Assembly (NCBI GenBank): GCA_951406725.2
Contig: OX597815.1
Span: forward strand, 17,608,001-17,672,000
From: Octopus vulgaris
Taxonomy: Eukaryota
Direction: 5' to 3'
Length of the DNA: 64,000 nt
Numbering within the stretch: the stretch's first letter is position 1; every line of letters begins with the position of its first letter. Made by a program: the position numbers and the translations under genes. This document shows positions 1 through 13,059 of the stretch, in pieces. Below the pieces are notes generated by a model that saw only the letters and a list, made by a program, of their open reading frames with translations, made no database searches and was not told where the DNA came from.

Positions 1-164
1 ATATGCTATATTACTTGTCAATGAAGAATTGGATGAAATAATGTGAAAAATAAACCATTCCAAATGAATAGGATAAAGTAACTCCTTTTAAAATCATATA
101 AATCTGTAATTCTAATGTGAAGAGTCTTTTGATTTAAAGCAGTTCTTGAGTAAACCATAATATC

Positions 165-615
165 TGAGAGCACCATACGAGTGTGATCATTGACAGAGCA
201 GCTATTCGAGTATGATTGTTACCATCGTCGCCTTACTGGCACTTATGCCTTTGCTAGTTAGGGTGCCAAGAACACCATCCGAGTGTGATCGTTGCCAGAG
301 CAGCCAACTGGCTTCTGTACCCGTGGCATGTAAAAGGACACTATTCGAGTGTGATCATAACCAATGTCGCTTCACTGGCACGTGTAAAAAGATTCGAGCG
401 AGGCCATTGCTAGTACCGCCTGACTGGCCCCCGTGCCAGTGACACGTAAAAAGCACCCACCACACTCATAGAGTGGTTGGCGTTAGGAAGGGCATCCAGC
501 TGTAGAAACTTTGTCAGATCAAGATTGGAGCCAGCCATCTGGTTCGCCAGCCCTCAGTCAAAATCGTCCAACCCATGCTAGCATGGAAAGCGGACGTTAA
601 ATGATGATGATGATG
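165..615 (+). mobile_element. (GAT)n-tailed RTE 3'-UTR-derived repeat
   Basis: tandem ~50-bp units then GAGTGGTTGGCGTTAGGAAGGGCATCC...GGACGTTAAA(TGA)n; about 20 copies, e.g. 2350-2620, 11275-11640, 16380-16652, 27000-27287, 35340-35512, 38180-38383, 57390-57920 (+) and 18765-19190, 32638-32805, 57000-57265 (-). Confidence 0.8.
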
Positions 616-933
616 AATAGATTCTCAAATAAGGGTTGATGACAAGAAGGGCAACCAACAGTAGAATATTATTTCAACCCATGCCAGTATAGAAAAAGTC
701 TATATAAAAATTATGATGCTGATATTTCTAAGAGAGTATATAGATGGAGTGGTTCTCATGAAAACTGTTTTCGAAGGATACTTGTCACTAACTACTCAAC
801 TGTGAATTAGGAATGGATTCTATATATCTATCAGTCAGGATAACTAAAGAAATTATTTAAGTACCTGACACAATGGCTAAACCCCTTAGTATTTAAATCA
901 GCCATATCCATCCCAAATATTCTATCTATATAA

Positions 934-1307
934 TGTTATTAGGTTGCCACCCTCTGATATTCTGAGAATATCTACTTTTGTCTCTTCCCTACACCCAGAA
1001 TGTTTATTAGTTTTATTGTTGTTAAGCTTTTGGTTAGACTTGATTGAGCAGAATTAAAATCATATACTCTCCCTTCTCTTCTTTGAGTCATAGTCTTTCT
1101 AGGACTAAAGTGTCCAATGTATCTTTGCATTTAAAAAAAAAAAGTTAGAGTGTAATTTGAGGGAGTTGTGGTTGCTTTTACTAGTTGGCTTCTTAGAATG
1201 TTATCAATGAAGAACTGGTAAAAAACACTTTCTCGTGGGCAGCTGGGACTCATGATAAATGAGAAATATCTACATGAATATTATAACACAAACATGTCAA
1301 GATGCAC
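934..1307. repeat. local inverted duplication of 3163-3962
   Basis: reverse-complement match to 3163-3323 plus 3741-3962. Confidence 0.9.
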
Positions 1308-1809
1308 CAGCCAGATCTAACTTCTCACACCTACTCTAAAATGTCATTTTAAAAATAAATAATTGCACCACTGAAGCCTCAAAGCCATAAGATAATGCAG
1401 GATTAATTCAAAACAAAGTGAATGCGAAAGCACTGTATTTGAGAGAGTAACCTGAATGCTAAAGAGTTAACAGAATGACTGCTATAGAAACGTTTAAATT
1501 CCTGACCATATTACACTGAAATCTAATACCCTATTTCTTAACATTAGGTGTTTTGATGTTTAAGATGAAGCATTTAAATGTATTCCTTATCACTATATGA
1601 AGAACAAACCACCATCACTGGAGATATGCAAACTAGAAAGCATATCAGCTATCTTAGTAGCAAAAACCCAAAAGGAATCTAAACTAATAAAATTAGATGT
1701 AAAATGTTGAAGAATATGTGGTGTTTGTTGCTTTTTAAGTGACCCATTATTTGTTTGTTTATTGTTATGTCTGCTTTTCCAATGCTGGCAGAAGTTGGAT
1801 GTAGGCTTA

Positions 1810-2038
1810 TTAACCCTTTTGTTACTGTATTTATCTTCAGATGCTTTGTGTTTCTTTCAATTACTTTAAATATAACAAAGAATTTAGTAAAATAACTTGG
1901 TTATCATTAAGCTAGTGTTAGGAACATAAATTGTGACTAATGTTTGGTGGAAGATTTTAATTCAAAACTTATGAAAACATGACATTTGTACTACAGAGCC
2001 AGAGCCAGTTTCAGCCAGGTTGCTATCAAAAGGGTTAA
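1810..2038 (+). mobile_element. piggyBac-type TTAA MITE
   Basis: TTAA-CCCTTT...AAAGGG-TTAA; 4 near-identical copies in window. Confidence 0.8.
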
Positions 2039-2061
2039 GAATTGTTTCTCTATTATATATT

Positions 2062-2290
2062 TTAACCCTTTCATTACTGTATTTCTTTTGAGATGCTCTG
2101 TGTTTCTTTCAATTACTTTAAATATAACAAAGAATTTAGTAAAATAACTTAGTTATCATTCAGCTAGTGTTAGGAACATAAATTGCGACAAAGGTTTGGT
2201 GGAAGATTTTAACTCAAAACTTATGAAAACAAGACTTTTGTACTACAGAGCCACAGCCGGTTTCAGCCGGGTTGGTAATGAAAGGGTTAA
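2062..2290 (+). mobile_element. piggyBac-type TTAA MITE
   Basis: same family, own TTAA flanks, 23 bp after the previous copy. Confidence 0.8.
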
Positions 2291-3332
2291 GGCAGTATTT
2301 TATGAATTCTTATTTGACTTCCAAGTAAGGGATTTCTTATACCTCAAGCATGATCATTACCAATGTCGCTTCACTGGCCCCTGTGCCGGTGGCACGTGTA
2401 AAAGATTCGAGCGAGGTCGTTGCCAGTACCACCTGACTGGCACATAAAAAGTACTCACTACACTCTCGGAGTGGTTGGCATTAGGAAGTGCATCCAGCTG
2501 TAGAAACTCTGCCAGATCAAGATTGGAGCCTGGTGCAGCCACCCGGTTCGCCAGCCCACAGTCAAACCGTCCAACCCATGCTAGTATAGAAAGCGGACGT
2601 TAAACGATGATGATGATGATGACTGGTCATCACAATGTATGTGTGTTTCCATCCAACAATTTCACTCACCCACCCATCATTGGTCAGTTTGTGGCTATAG
2701 TATGAGATGCATATCTAAGATACAATACAGTAGTTATGAAGTGAATTCCACAACCACACAGCTATGCCTAGTCTAGTATATTAAATTATAATGAGCAGAT
2801 CCAAATGATAGTTTCATCTAAAGACCAATGCTGCAACAGGCTGTCAATTTGGTTAAGCTTAATTTAAGTTAGTTTGATGGAATTTTGTGGAGAAAAGGTG
2901 ATCTTTAAGTGTTAATCAGAAAAAAAAAAAATATAAAGTGTTTTGGTTTTTATAAAAATTAAAAATATATCTAGTAAATATATTCTGTCAAAAGTTGTCG
3001 AATAATTTATAAAATGTAATCAGACTATGATCATATAGGTAATTTTTGCTAAGATAAGTGAAAAGATATGAGAAAAGAGGTAATTACTTTTAGACAGCTA
3101 TTATATTAAAACGTTACTGAATAATTGAAACCAAACTATTAGAGAAATGAAAAATAGTTAAAGTGCATCTTGACATGTTTGTGTTATAATATTCATGTAG
3201 ATATTTCTCGTTTATCATGAGTCCCAGCTGCCCACGAGAAAGTGTTTTTTACTAGTTCTTCATTGGCAAAATTCTAAGAAGCCAACTAGTAAAAGCAACC
3301 ACAACTCCCTCAATTTACACTCTCTCTCTCTT

Positions 3333-3537
3333 TCACTCTTTTACTTGTTTCAGTCATTTGACTGCGGCCATGCTGGAGCACCGCCTTTAGTCGAGCAAAT
3401 CGACCCCGGGACTTATTCTTTGTAAGCCCAGTACTTATTCTATCGGTCTCTTTTTGCCGAACCGCTAAGTGACAGGGATGTAAACACACCAGCATCGGTT
3501 ATCAAGCAATGCTAGGGTGACAAACACCGACACAGAA

Positions 3538-3568
<31 letters not shown>

Positions 3569-3740
3569 CATATATATGACAGGCTTCTTTCAGTTTCCGT
3601 CTACCAAATCCACTCGCAAGGCATTGGTCGGCCCAGGGCTATAGCAGAAGACACTTGCCCAAGATGCCACGCAGTGGGACTGAACCTAGAACCATGTGGT
3701 TGGCTAGCAAGCTACTTACCACACAGCCACTCCTGTGCCT
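3333..3740 (-). mobile_element. SINE family A
   Basis: full-length reverse copy. Confidence 0.85.
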
Positions 3741-4920
3741 AATATTTTTTTTTTTAAATGCAAAGATCCATTGAACACTTTAGTCCTAGAAAGACTTATG
3801 ACTCAAAGAAGAGAAGGGAGAGTATATGATTTTAATTCTGCTCAATCAAGTCTAACCAAACGGCTTAACAACAATAAAACTAATAATAATAAACATTCTG
3901 GATGTAGGGAAGAGACAAAAGTAGATATTCTCAGAATATCTGAGGGTGGCAACCTAATAACAATCTATTTTAATGCGTTAATAATACTCAGCAATTCTAT
4001 ACAAGTGTTTTGGAAGCAACATATTTGACCATTATCATATCTAGCTCTGAGAGATTCTTACAAATGCTACAACTATGCAGTGTATGTGTCTGACAACTCT
4101 GACAGGTAAAATACGTATGATCGCATCATCAACCTACTAGTTTTCGCAATTCACGTTTCTTTTAGCTTTCTCCAGTTAGACTTCATAACTATCATTAAAT
4201 TTGCTCATTTGACAGTTTGGTATTCCGTTGCGTAATTTTTATAGTGCTGAGTGGTTTCTGTAAGTTCTATGTTCGTACTGTGTGCAGTCAGGAAATAGCC
4301 TGATCAAATGTTTATGTTCTTGAAAATTCCACTCTCTTATCTCACCTAAACCAATAAAATTCTAGGTCATCATATCAGTGTTTTCTGATAGTTTTATTTA
4401 GGTGTCAGGTGACATGCATTTTCCTACTAAACCACAGTTATCGTGCAATTTTCTTGAATATTCATAGTTTTGATAGACACAATGCCATGAAATCAACTTT
4501 TATCTTGTATTTTGCATGTCTGTTCCTCAGAAGCTTTTTCTAAAAGCTTTTCTGTTTGACTTATTGAATTAATAATAATGAAACCATTGTACTAAGTGTA
4601 GCTTAACTTTACGGTATTTAATTCTGGACTTTTCTTACAAATCCTTTTATAGTCGATTTAATTTTGCTTTTCATCCCCCTGGAATTAATACAACTATGCT
4701 GCTTCATTGCAAAACATGTCATATATCTTGTTAAAAGAAATTGCATTCTGTTAAGTATAGTAAATATTGGTTTCAAATTTTGGCACAAAGCCAGCAATTT
4801 TAGGGGCGAGGTAAGTCAATTACATTGACCCCAGAGTTCAACTGGTACTTATTTTATCAACACCACCAAAAAAAAGGATGAAAGGTAAAGTCGACCTCAG
4901 TGGAATTTGAACTCAAAACA

Positions 4921-5128
4921 TAAACCCTTTCGTTACTGTATTTATTTTGAGATGCTTTGTGTTTCTTTCAATTATTTTAAATATAACAAAGAATTTAGTA
5001 AAATAACTTAGTTATCATTAAGGAATATAAATTGTGACTAAGGTTTGGTGGAAGATTTTAATTCAAAACTTATGAAAACAAGACATTTGTACTCAGAGCC
5101 AGAGCCGGGTTGGTAACGAAAGGGTTAA
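4921..5128 (+). mobile_element. piggyBac-type TTAA MITE inside a SINE
   Basis: same family; splits SINE 4765-5172. Confidence 0.75.
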
Positions 5129-5449
5129 GCATTTTGACCGATGTACTAGCAATTCTACCAGCTTGCCACCTTATGTATAGGAAATATAAAAATCTAAAAT
5201 CTCTGGGGACAATAACTTTCAATTAATGATGTGTTTAATAATATTTAGTTATAATTTAGTACTGAACATATCAACTGATTTTTTTTAGAGCCAGCACTAC
5301 CTTATGGTAAATGTAAACAATGCCTTTTACAACATGCTTATGGACAGAAAAAGAGGGAATAGTTGAATATGCATTTTGATTTTTGTTGCAATACTCATCA
5401 GCAGTTTTTCACCTCCTCAAACTAGCCAGGAACTCATTGCTCATGAACT

Positions 5450-5869
5450 TTTGTTTTGTTTGTTCCTTCTTGAGCCATGCCTGGCTCATAAGGGCTGGTT
5501 TCCCGGTTTCTTGGCGTATAGGTTCCCCACCTGGACGGGAGGCCGGTCCGTCGCAGGTGAGCTGCAAGATGCAGGAGGGAAGAGTGAGAGAAAGTTGTGG
5601 CGAAAGAGTCAGCAGAAGTTTCCCAGTTTCCTTGGCGTATAGGTTCCCCACCTGGACGGGAGGCCGGTCCGTCGCAGGTGAGCTGCAAGATGCAGGAGGA
5701 AAGAGTGAGAGAAAGTTGAGGCGAAGAGTCAGCAGAAGTTTCGCCATGACCTTCTGCCGGAGCCGCGTGGAGCTTAGGTGTTTCGCTCATAAACACACAC
5801 ATCACCCAGTCTGAGATTCGAACCCGCGATCCATTGACCGCGAGTCCACTGCTCTAACCACTAGACCAG
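5450..5869 (-). mobile_element. SINE family C, tail type 2, with internal 121-bp tandem duplication
   Basis: 5501-5621 repeated at 5622-5742. Confidence 0.8.
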
Positions 5870-6223
5870 GTTATTGTTTGTAAGATGGTTAATAATTTTA
5901 TGGGCGTCTGCCAAGTCAGCTTCTTTTTCTCTCCATGAGCATATACGTATGGGTGGTGCTTTTTACGTGCCACCGGCACAGGTATCACAACTGCAAAAAT
6001 GATAAATATGCAAATTTGTCCAGTTTACCTTAATCTCTAATATTAGTAGGTTTATAAGAAGTATGTTTGTGGATAGTTAGAGGGAATGCTCATGGGCACC
6101 CCAACAAGAATCAAAACACACATTCAACCATTCCCACTTTTTCTATCCATGTGCATATTATATGAATGCATTGTTTACAATTGTTGCAACACAAATATTT
6201 GTTGTAGCATATAGATATGTTCT

Positions 6224-6614
6224 GATGGATGGAAGCACTCCGTCGGTTACGATGATGAGGGTTCCGGTTGATCCGAATCAACGGAACAGCCTGCTCGTGA
6301 AATTAACGTGTAAGTGGCTGAGCACTCCACAGACACATGTACCCTTAACGTAATTCTCGGGGATATTCAGAGTGACACAGAGAGTGACAAGGCCGGCCCT
6401 TTGAAATACAGGTACAACAGAAACAGGAAGTAAGAGTGAGAGAAAGTTGTGGTGAAAGAGTACAGCAGGGATCACCACCATCCCCTGCCGGAGCCTCGTG
6501 GAGCTTTAGGTGTTTTCGCTCAATAAACACTCACAACGCCCGGTCTGGGAATCGAAACCGCGATCCTATGACTGCGAGTCCGCTGCCCAAACCACTGGGC
6601 CATTGCGCCTCCAC
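6224..6614 (-). mobile_element. tRNA(Arg-like)-headed SINE family C, tail type 1
   Basis: head TGGCCCAGTGG..CGGAC-TCG..GTTTCGATTCC; TSD AGATATGTTCT at 6213-23 and 6615-25. Confidence 0.85.
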
Positions 6615-6755
6615 AGATATGTTCTATAATGCCTTATAGCAACTTCTTAATAATACTATACTCTTTCGATTGTGGTTTCAAACTACATGTAAACCCTCAG
6701 TCCTAACAGGGTGGGTCTATATTTTCAGAATGAAATCTAATAAAAACTAACATAT

Positions 6756-6924
6756 AGGCTTAGGAGTGGCTGTGTGATAAGTAGCTTGCTTACGAACCAC
6801 ATGGTTCCGGGTTCAGTCCCACTGCGTGGCACCTTGGGCAAGAAGTGTCTTCTACTATAGCCTCGGGCTGACCAAAGCCTTGTGAGTGGATTTGGTAGAC
6901 AGAAACTGAAAGAAGCCCGTCGTA

Positions 6925-6971
<47 letters not shown>

Positions 6972-7171
6972 TTATGTGTTGTGTTTGTCCCCCCACCTCC
7001 ATCGCTTGACAACCGAGGCAGGTGTGTTTACGTCCCCGTAACTTAGCGGTTCGGCGAAAGAGACTGATAGAATAAGTACTAGGCTTACGAAGAATAAGTC
7101 CTGGGGTCGATTTGATTCGACTAAAGGCGGTGCTCCAGCATGGCCACAGTCAAATGACTGAAACAAGTAAA
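6756..7171 (+). mobile_element. tRNA-derived SINE family A (CORE-like, internal (TA)(TG) repeat)
   Basis: head GGAGTGGCTGTGTG..GGGTTCAGTCCC, CORE-like ACCTTGGGCAAG; more than 12 copies in window. Confidence 0.85.
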
Positions 7172-7889
7172 TGAACGAGTATATATTATTAGCATCTCAG
7201 TTACCAATTACATAGTCCTAATTTATCCTCCGAGAGAGTCTCTTTGGCAGCCGCTCTACCTTTGATCATAAGTGAATCTTAACTGGCAAACAGCATCTTA
7301 TTCTTTGGCTTTCACCTCGCCAGAAGTACACATATACAACTTTAATTTCTGACACTTCACCACGGAGATATGTCTCACATGGTGTAGCGAGGATGATATC
7401 AGATTTCTGCAGTTCTGAAGTAACAAAAGTAGTTCGTTTTCTTTTTGGCATGCTCCTTAAAAGTTTGAATATTTCTGCAGAAATAAATTAGCTTTACAGG
7501 TTGTAAATTTCTTTCAGCTTTCAGAATTTTTCTTGTATTTTTATCATTCCATTCTAAGTGATACCTGTAATTCTCAGCTTACACTGACTTTACATCACCT
7601 TTAAGGAATAATGTATGTCTAACATATACGTCTATCTCTATGGTGATATATGCAATTTTTTATGGTGTTGGTTTACTACATGATTGTCTGTTAGTGTTTT
7701 AAAACCCTAATAAAATCCTCCACAACATCTGTCAAAAATGAGATGTGAGAACAATAAAAAAAAATTATGAATATTTTTTTTTTTAAAGGCCAGCACTTTT
7801 CTTATATTTGATCATAAATTCCTACTTCTTTGTATGTAAATACCTATGATAATTAATAATAATAATAATAATTATAATAATAATATTAT

Positions 7890-8430
7890 AACATTATGGA
7901 ATAACAACAGAAAAAAGATGGTATAGGCACACACCAGAAAAGATCATAGAAAACGAGAAAGCAATCATACTCTGGGATATGCCAAAACATACAGATAGAG
8001 AAATTAAGGCTAATAGGCCAGATATTGTTGTCAGAGATCATGAAGAAAAAAAATGCTTTCTAATTGATGTATCAATACCAGTAGATGACAATGAGTCTCT
8101 AAGAGAAATGGAGAAACTTTCAAAATACAAAGACCTGGAAATAGAGGTAACCAGAATGTGGAATCTAAAAACAGAAACAATTCCTATCATAGTGGGCGCA
8201 TTAGGCATGATAAAAAAATATTCAGACAAATACATAACAAAAACACCAGGACTTACAAATATATATAACATACAGAAAATTGCACCACTGGGCATTGCAC
8301 ACATCCTATGCAGAACACTTTCAATACAGTAACCATCAGAGCATTACAACAAATCACAGCACATACCCAAGGCACACAGAGCTGCGCTTGGTAGTGAAGT
8401 GAAAGCACGCTATGAAAATAAAACTACTGA
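7890..8430 (+). mobile_element. 5'-truncated R4/Dong-like non-LTR retrotransposon, restriction-like endonuclease C-terminus plus 3' UTR
   Basis: ORF ...WDMPKHTDREIKANRPDIVVRD...LIDVSIP...EKLSKYKDL...PIIVGALG (PD..D RLE motif); (TAA)n on both sides. Confidence 0.85.
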
Positions 8431-8616
8431 ATAATAATAATAATAATAATAATAATGATAATGGTTTCTGATTAAAGCATAAAGCAATTTTAAGGGAAGG
8501 GCTCATTGATGCCAACGGTTCCAGTACTTGATAGATACTTCACTTTACCAACCCCAGAACAAATAAAATGCAAAGCTGCTTCAGTGTGATTTAATAATAA
8601 TAATAATAATAATAAT

Positions 8617-9056
8617 GAAATTATTGTATACAGTGCTCAGGTGCACCACAACTTGTCAGAAAGTGAGTATAAAGCATATGCAGTAATGTACAAATGTCTG
8701 GAAAGTGAACAGTGTATGAGTCAGATACATGCTTTTGTGTGTATGGAGGGGAGAAAATCAGGTGTAGTGTTGGCGAATCTCAGAAAGCATGGAAGTTTTG
8801 AAGGATGCAGTGCTCCGACAACTAACAACTGATGCCAGCAGTCTGTTCCATGCTTCAGCAACTCTTAGCGTAAAAAAATGTTTCCGAAAGTCATGGGAGC
8901 TGTGCTGTTTTCTGACTTCGTAAACATGTCCATGGGTGTTAGACGGGTGGAGTTTGAAAAGGTGCCCAGAGTTATTGTTAGTAAGATGGTTAATAATTTT
9001 ATGGGTGTCTGCCAAGTCAGCTGCCAGACGTTGGAGTTTCAATGCCCAGGGAAGTA
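8617..9056 (-). mobile_element. CR1/L2-group LINE 3' fragment
   Basis: RKHFFTLRVAEAWNRL..SVVSCRSTASFKT C-terminal motif, (TTA)n tail. Confidence 0.75.
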
Positions 9057-10099
9057 AATATCAATAATCATTTCTAATATAGACACAAGGTCTGAAATTT
9101 AGGGGAAGGTGGGACAGTTGGTTGCATGGACCCCAGGACTCAACTGGTACTTGTTTCTGCAACCTAAAATGGATGAAAGGCAAAGTTGACCTTGGCAGAA
9201 TTTGAACTCTGAATATAAAGATGAATGAAATGCCACTAAGCATTTTATCTGCTGTGCTAATGATTTTGGTTTTGTTGTAATAATAATAATGATAATAATT
9301 CAATAAATATTCTTGATAGCAAGACATGATGGTTGCCAGAATAAGGAACACAATCCAGAATATCATGGATGTAAGTAACCAGTAGCAACGGTAAAATGTT
9401 TCTGAATAGAAAGGAGAGAATTTATATTACATTGTCTCAGACTGGCCAGGTTTAGTAAATATTGTAACTATGTACACTGGGGAAAAAAAAGCCTGTCAGT
9501 ATCTTAGAATTAGTACAAACAAAAATAAAATAAAATAAATAAATTCAAATTACGACGATAAATAAAGTTATAAAAGACGAAACTTGTCTCAGGCTGAGAT
9601 ACATAACATCTTCGACCACTCAGCTACCTTCAGTTATAATGAATACTTGTTTCTGAAATAGGTGTAAGGTGAGGGATTTTGGAAAGGAGAACAGTCGGTT
9701 ATATCAATTCCACTACTGGGCTGTTTATTTATTTTATTTTATCAACCCCAGAAGAATGAAAAACAAAGTTGATATCCATGGGATTTGACCTTAGCTTGTA
9801 AATGGATGTTAAAAAAATACAAGGAATAATAATAAAGATGATGATGACAACAATCCTTTCTACTGTAGGCACAAGGCCTGAACATTTAAGGGAGGGGATA
9901 AGTCGATTACATCGACCCCAGTGTGTAACTGGTACTTAATTTATTGACCCCCGAAAGGATGAAAGGCAAAGCTGAGCTTAGCGGAATTTGAACACAGAAT
10001 GTGAATACAGATGAAATGCCTCTAAGCATTTTTCCCAGCATGGTAATTATTCTGCCAGCTCACTAACTTAATAATAATAATGATAATAATAATAATAAT

Positions 10100-10661
10100 A
10101 AATGCCCAGATGCAGTACCAGGCAGTGGCTCTCATGGCTTCTGGTTTTAACTGATTGGAAATTTTATCATGTACATTGTTTTGTCTTGGTATAAAAGACG
10201 GGCTACAGCAAATATTCTGCTCAATACCACAGATTTGCTTGTCAGTTGTTTGACCTTAACCAGTTGAACATGTCCCTTAGTGGCTGACGATATGTGCATC
10301 TCTGACCACAAGCAGAAGTAGTGGGGAAGCATCATAGCCATGTGTTGAGAGGGATTCTTTGGGGGTTTGAATAATTCACTTCTGGAAACATGAGTGTTTC
10401 GTTCAACATCCTTAAACAACCCTTATTTGGGGACCTTTTGAGCGGGGTGGGTTACTCGACCAGAAGAAAATTCTAACTGGGTCCTACCTACAAGGTCATG
10501 TGCTGTTTATTTTGGTATGAGATCACCATGTCGCACACACATGGTTGTGATGCATGTGCCTGGTGTACCCTTATCAGACGGGTAGTCATGATGGGTATAC
10601 TGGGCTTCATATATTTTACCCCAGTGTCACTTTCATGGCATGCACTGCTCTCTCACTCAAT
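10100..10661 (+). mobile_element. ~560-bp non-coding element inserted in (TAA)n
   Basis: near-identical copy at 14410-14968, partial copy at 45170-45321; strand assigned from the truncation pattern. Confidence 0.75.
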
Positions 10662-11025
10662 AAAAATAATAATAATAATAATGATAATAATAATATGATT
10701 TCTAATTTAGACACAAGGCCAATAATTTTTGAAGGGAGGGGCTAGTTGATCCCATCAACCTCAGTATTACTATTATAATTTCATACCAGCACAACAGATT
10801 AAACTGTTGGAAAAGATACCTTGGCAGAATTTGAACCCAGAACATAAAGTGCCAGAAAAGAATACCACTTTGCTGATTGTGCTAATCCACCAACCACATT
10901 TAAAGATTACAACGAGAAAGAATGAAGCAAAAGTGATATCATGTTGTATAGTATTTATAATTCTGATAGCAATGTTGATAATATATATAAGTCAATACCA
11001 TCTGCATTGTCTGCTTTTATTGTAG

Positions 11026-11241
11026 AATTTCTTTAAGATCTCTAAGAACAGATTCGTTCAATGGTGGACACACTTAGCAAGCTCTGTTAATGAGATGCAA
11101 TTGTCAATGTGTCTTGTAACTGAAGAAGACAAATCAGGTGGAAATGTGATGTCTGACAGTCCACCAACACTCTGGGTGATGTCTTGTGTTTTTAACACAA
11201 AAGTCTCTTTGAAAAGTTTCTCTGAGAAAAAAGTATTACAG
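11026..11241 (+). CDS. candidate 216-nt exon, strand ambiguous
   Basis: ttttattgtag acceptor, 72 open codons, CAG|gtagtg; the antisense frame is also open with its own acceptor. Confidence 0.2.
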
Positions 11242-11980
11242 GTAGTGGAGCCTATATTTGCATAGACACCTCTGCATGATCGTTACGAGCATCGTCTTAC
11301 TGGCACTTGTGCCGGTGTGTGGAATTGACACGTAAAAAAGAAAAAAAAAACCCCACCATTTGAGCGAGGTCGTTGCCAGTGCTGCTGGACTGACTCCTGT
11401 GCAGGTGGCACATAAAAAGCACCATTTGAGCGTGGCCGTTTCCAGTACCGCCTGACTGGCCCTCGTGCTGGTGGCACGTAAAAGCACCCACTACACTCTC
11501 AGAGTGGTTGACGTTAGGAAGGGCATCCAGCTGTAGAAACTGCCAAATTAAAATTGGAGTCTGGTGCAGCCATCTGGTTCACCAGTCCTCAGGCAAATCG
11601 TCCAACCCATGCTAGCATGGGAAGCAGACGTTAAACAAAAAAAAAAAAATGATGATTATAAATGGTTCTACAGACTAGTATTTTTAATCTAAGGCTGTTT
11701 CCAGTGTGTATATTAATATATTTTCATTTAATGTCAACATCAATAGAACAGTTCTGACTCATCAGCAAACGGTGCTTATATGAACCAATGAAAGGAACTT
11801 CTATGCAGTCACCTGACCTTTCTCAACTCGGGCACCACTACCTTAAAATAACATATGGCAATGGATAATGAAATGAAAGATACTCTGTTCTTGAGATGAA
11901 AAGATGGGAGGGCCATGGTTAGAAAGATTTTGATTATAAGCTTCTTCAGCCACTACTGATCAAGAACTAAACAACAGCAA

Positions 11981-12012
<32 letters not shown>

Positions 12013-12521
12013 ACAGCAGCAGCAGAAACAACAACATATGTGTGTGAGAAGGGTTTTTATTGAATGAAGTATGTGTTTATGTAACATTAGCATTAACGAA
12101 GGAAGGAAGAAGTTAATCTACTTAATATCACTTAAATTAATATGTTACCCGTTTTTCTTATATGTGTGTATAGAATGAAACTAAACTAAACTGAACATAA
12201 CATAAAGTATGAGTTGTATTCTATCTTCGGTTATGATCATCGGTAATAAATCTTGTTTAAAACCGTAATGCCATGTATTATTACCAATACAATAGCATCA
12301 CTAAATAATGAGGTTTGGGATTTGTCTTCATGATAGAGGTTTAAAATTGTATGGGTTATTCTTTTAAAATAAGACTCCACACACATACACACATACTGTT
12401 GAATGGAGCAGATACTTAGGCTGTTGTGCAAGATTTTATCTTAAAACAGTGAATATTCACTCACACAAATAAATTATATATATTCTTTCATATGTTGAAG
12501 CCCTAAGGCTATGGCCATGCT

Positions 12522-12558
<37 letters not shown>

Positions 12559-12560
<2 letters not shown>

Positions 12561-12732
12561 ACATGATAGATTGCTAGCCACTACACATTCTTTATTTTCT
12601 CTATTTTCTCTCCTTGTTTCTTTCTGTGGAAGAGCGTAGGCTCGAAATGTTAAAGACTTTTTCACTTCCCGACCTCCCAAGTGTTATACTAATGCATCTG
12701 TCTTTGTCATTTGTTTTTTTGTGAATTCTCCC
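12559..12732 (+). mobile_element. ~180-bp (TA)n-embedded element with variant hammerhead (CUGUGGA) at 12619-12656
   Basis: homologous to 15907-16106 and 34365-34552; UCUUU/AAAGA stem I, GAGC-guag-GCUC stem II, GAAA. Confidence 0.65.
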
Positions 12733-12760
12733 TATATATATATATATTTATTTATATATA

Positions 12761-13020
12761 TCTGTAAATGTAATATGTAACAATTATTTGGTAGCCAAGA
12801 TAAAACTCTGAGTTTTGGATGCCGAGGTGAAAATCCATGCCAACATCTCTTCAGTTATCTGGCCATCGGAAAAACGCTATGACGGTCATTTTTCATCCGA
12901 AACTCAGAGTTTTATCTTGGCTACCGAATAATTGTCACATATCATTTTACAGATAAATTTCCTCTATTTACATAATATCGAGGTCGCTTTCTTTCTTTTG
13001 TTATCTTATCGTTTTTACCA
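12761..13020. mobile_element. Penelope-like short element with ~60-bp inverted arms
   Basis: 12761-12821 vs ~12895-12953 inverted, hammerhead motif inside, flanked by (TA)/(CA) repeats. Confidence 0.6.
12799..12859 (-). ncRNA. type I hammerhead motif (G12 mutated in this arm)
   Basis: GAUAA-CUGAAGA-GAUGUUG...CGGCAUC-CAAAAC-UCAGAG-UU-UUAUC; the partner arm at 12895-12917 retains CGAAAC. Confidence 0.6.
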
Positions 13021-13059
13021 ACACACACACATATATATATATATATATAATGCACACAC

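Noticed and set aside
7266-7474. Terminal exon or hAT N-terminus (MPKRKRTTF...)
   Set aside because: No zinc-finger residues or further transposase sequence; an open frame exists on both strands; unsupported
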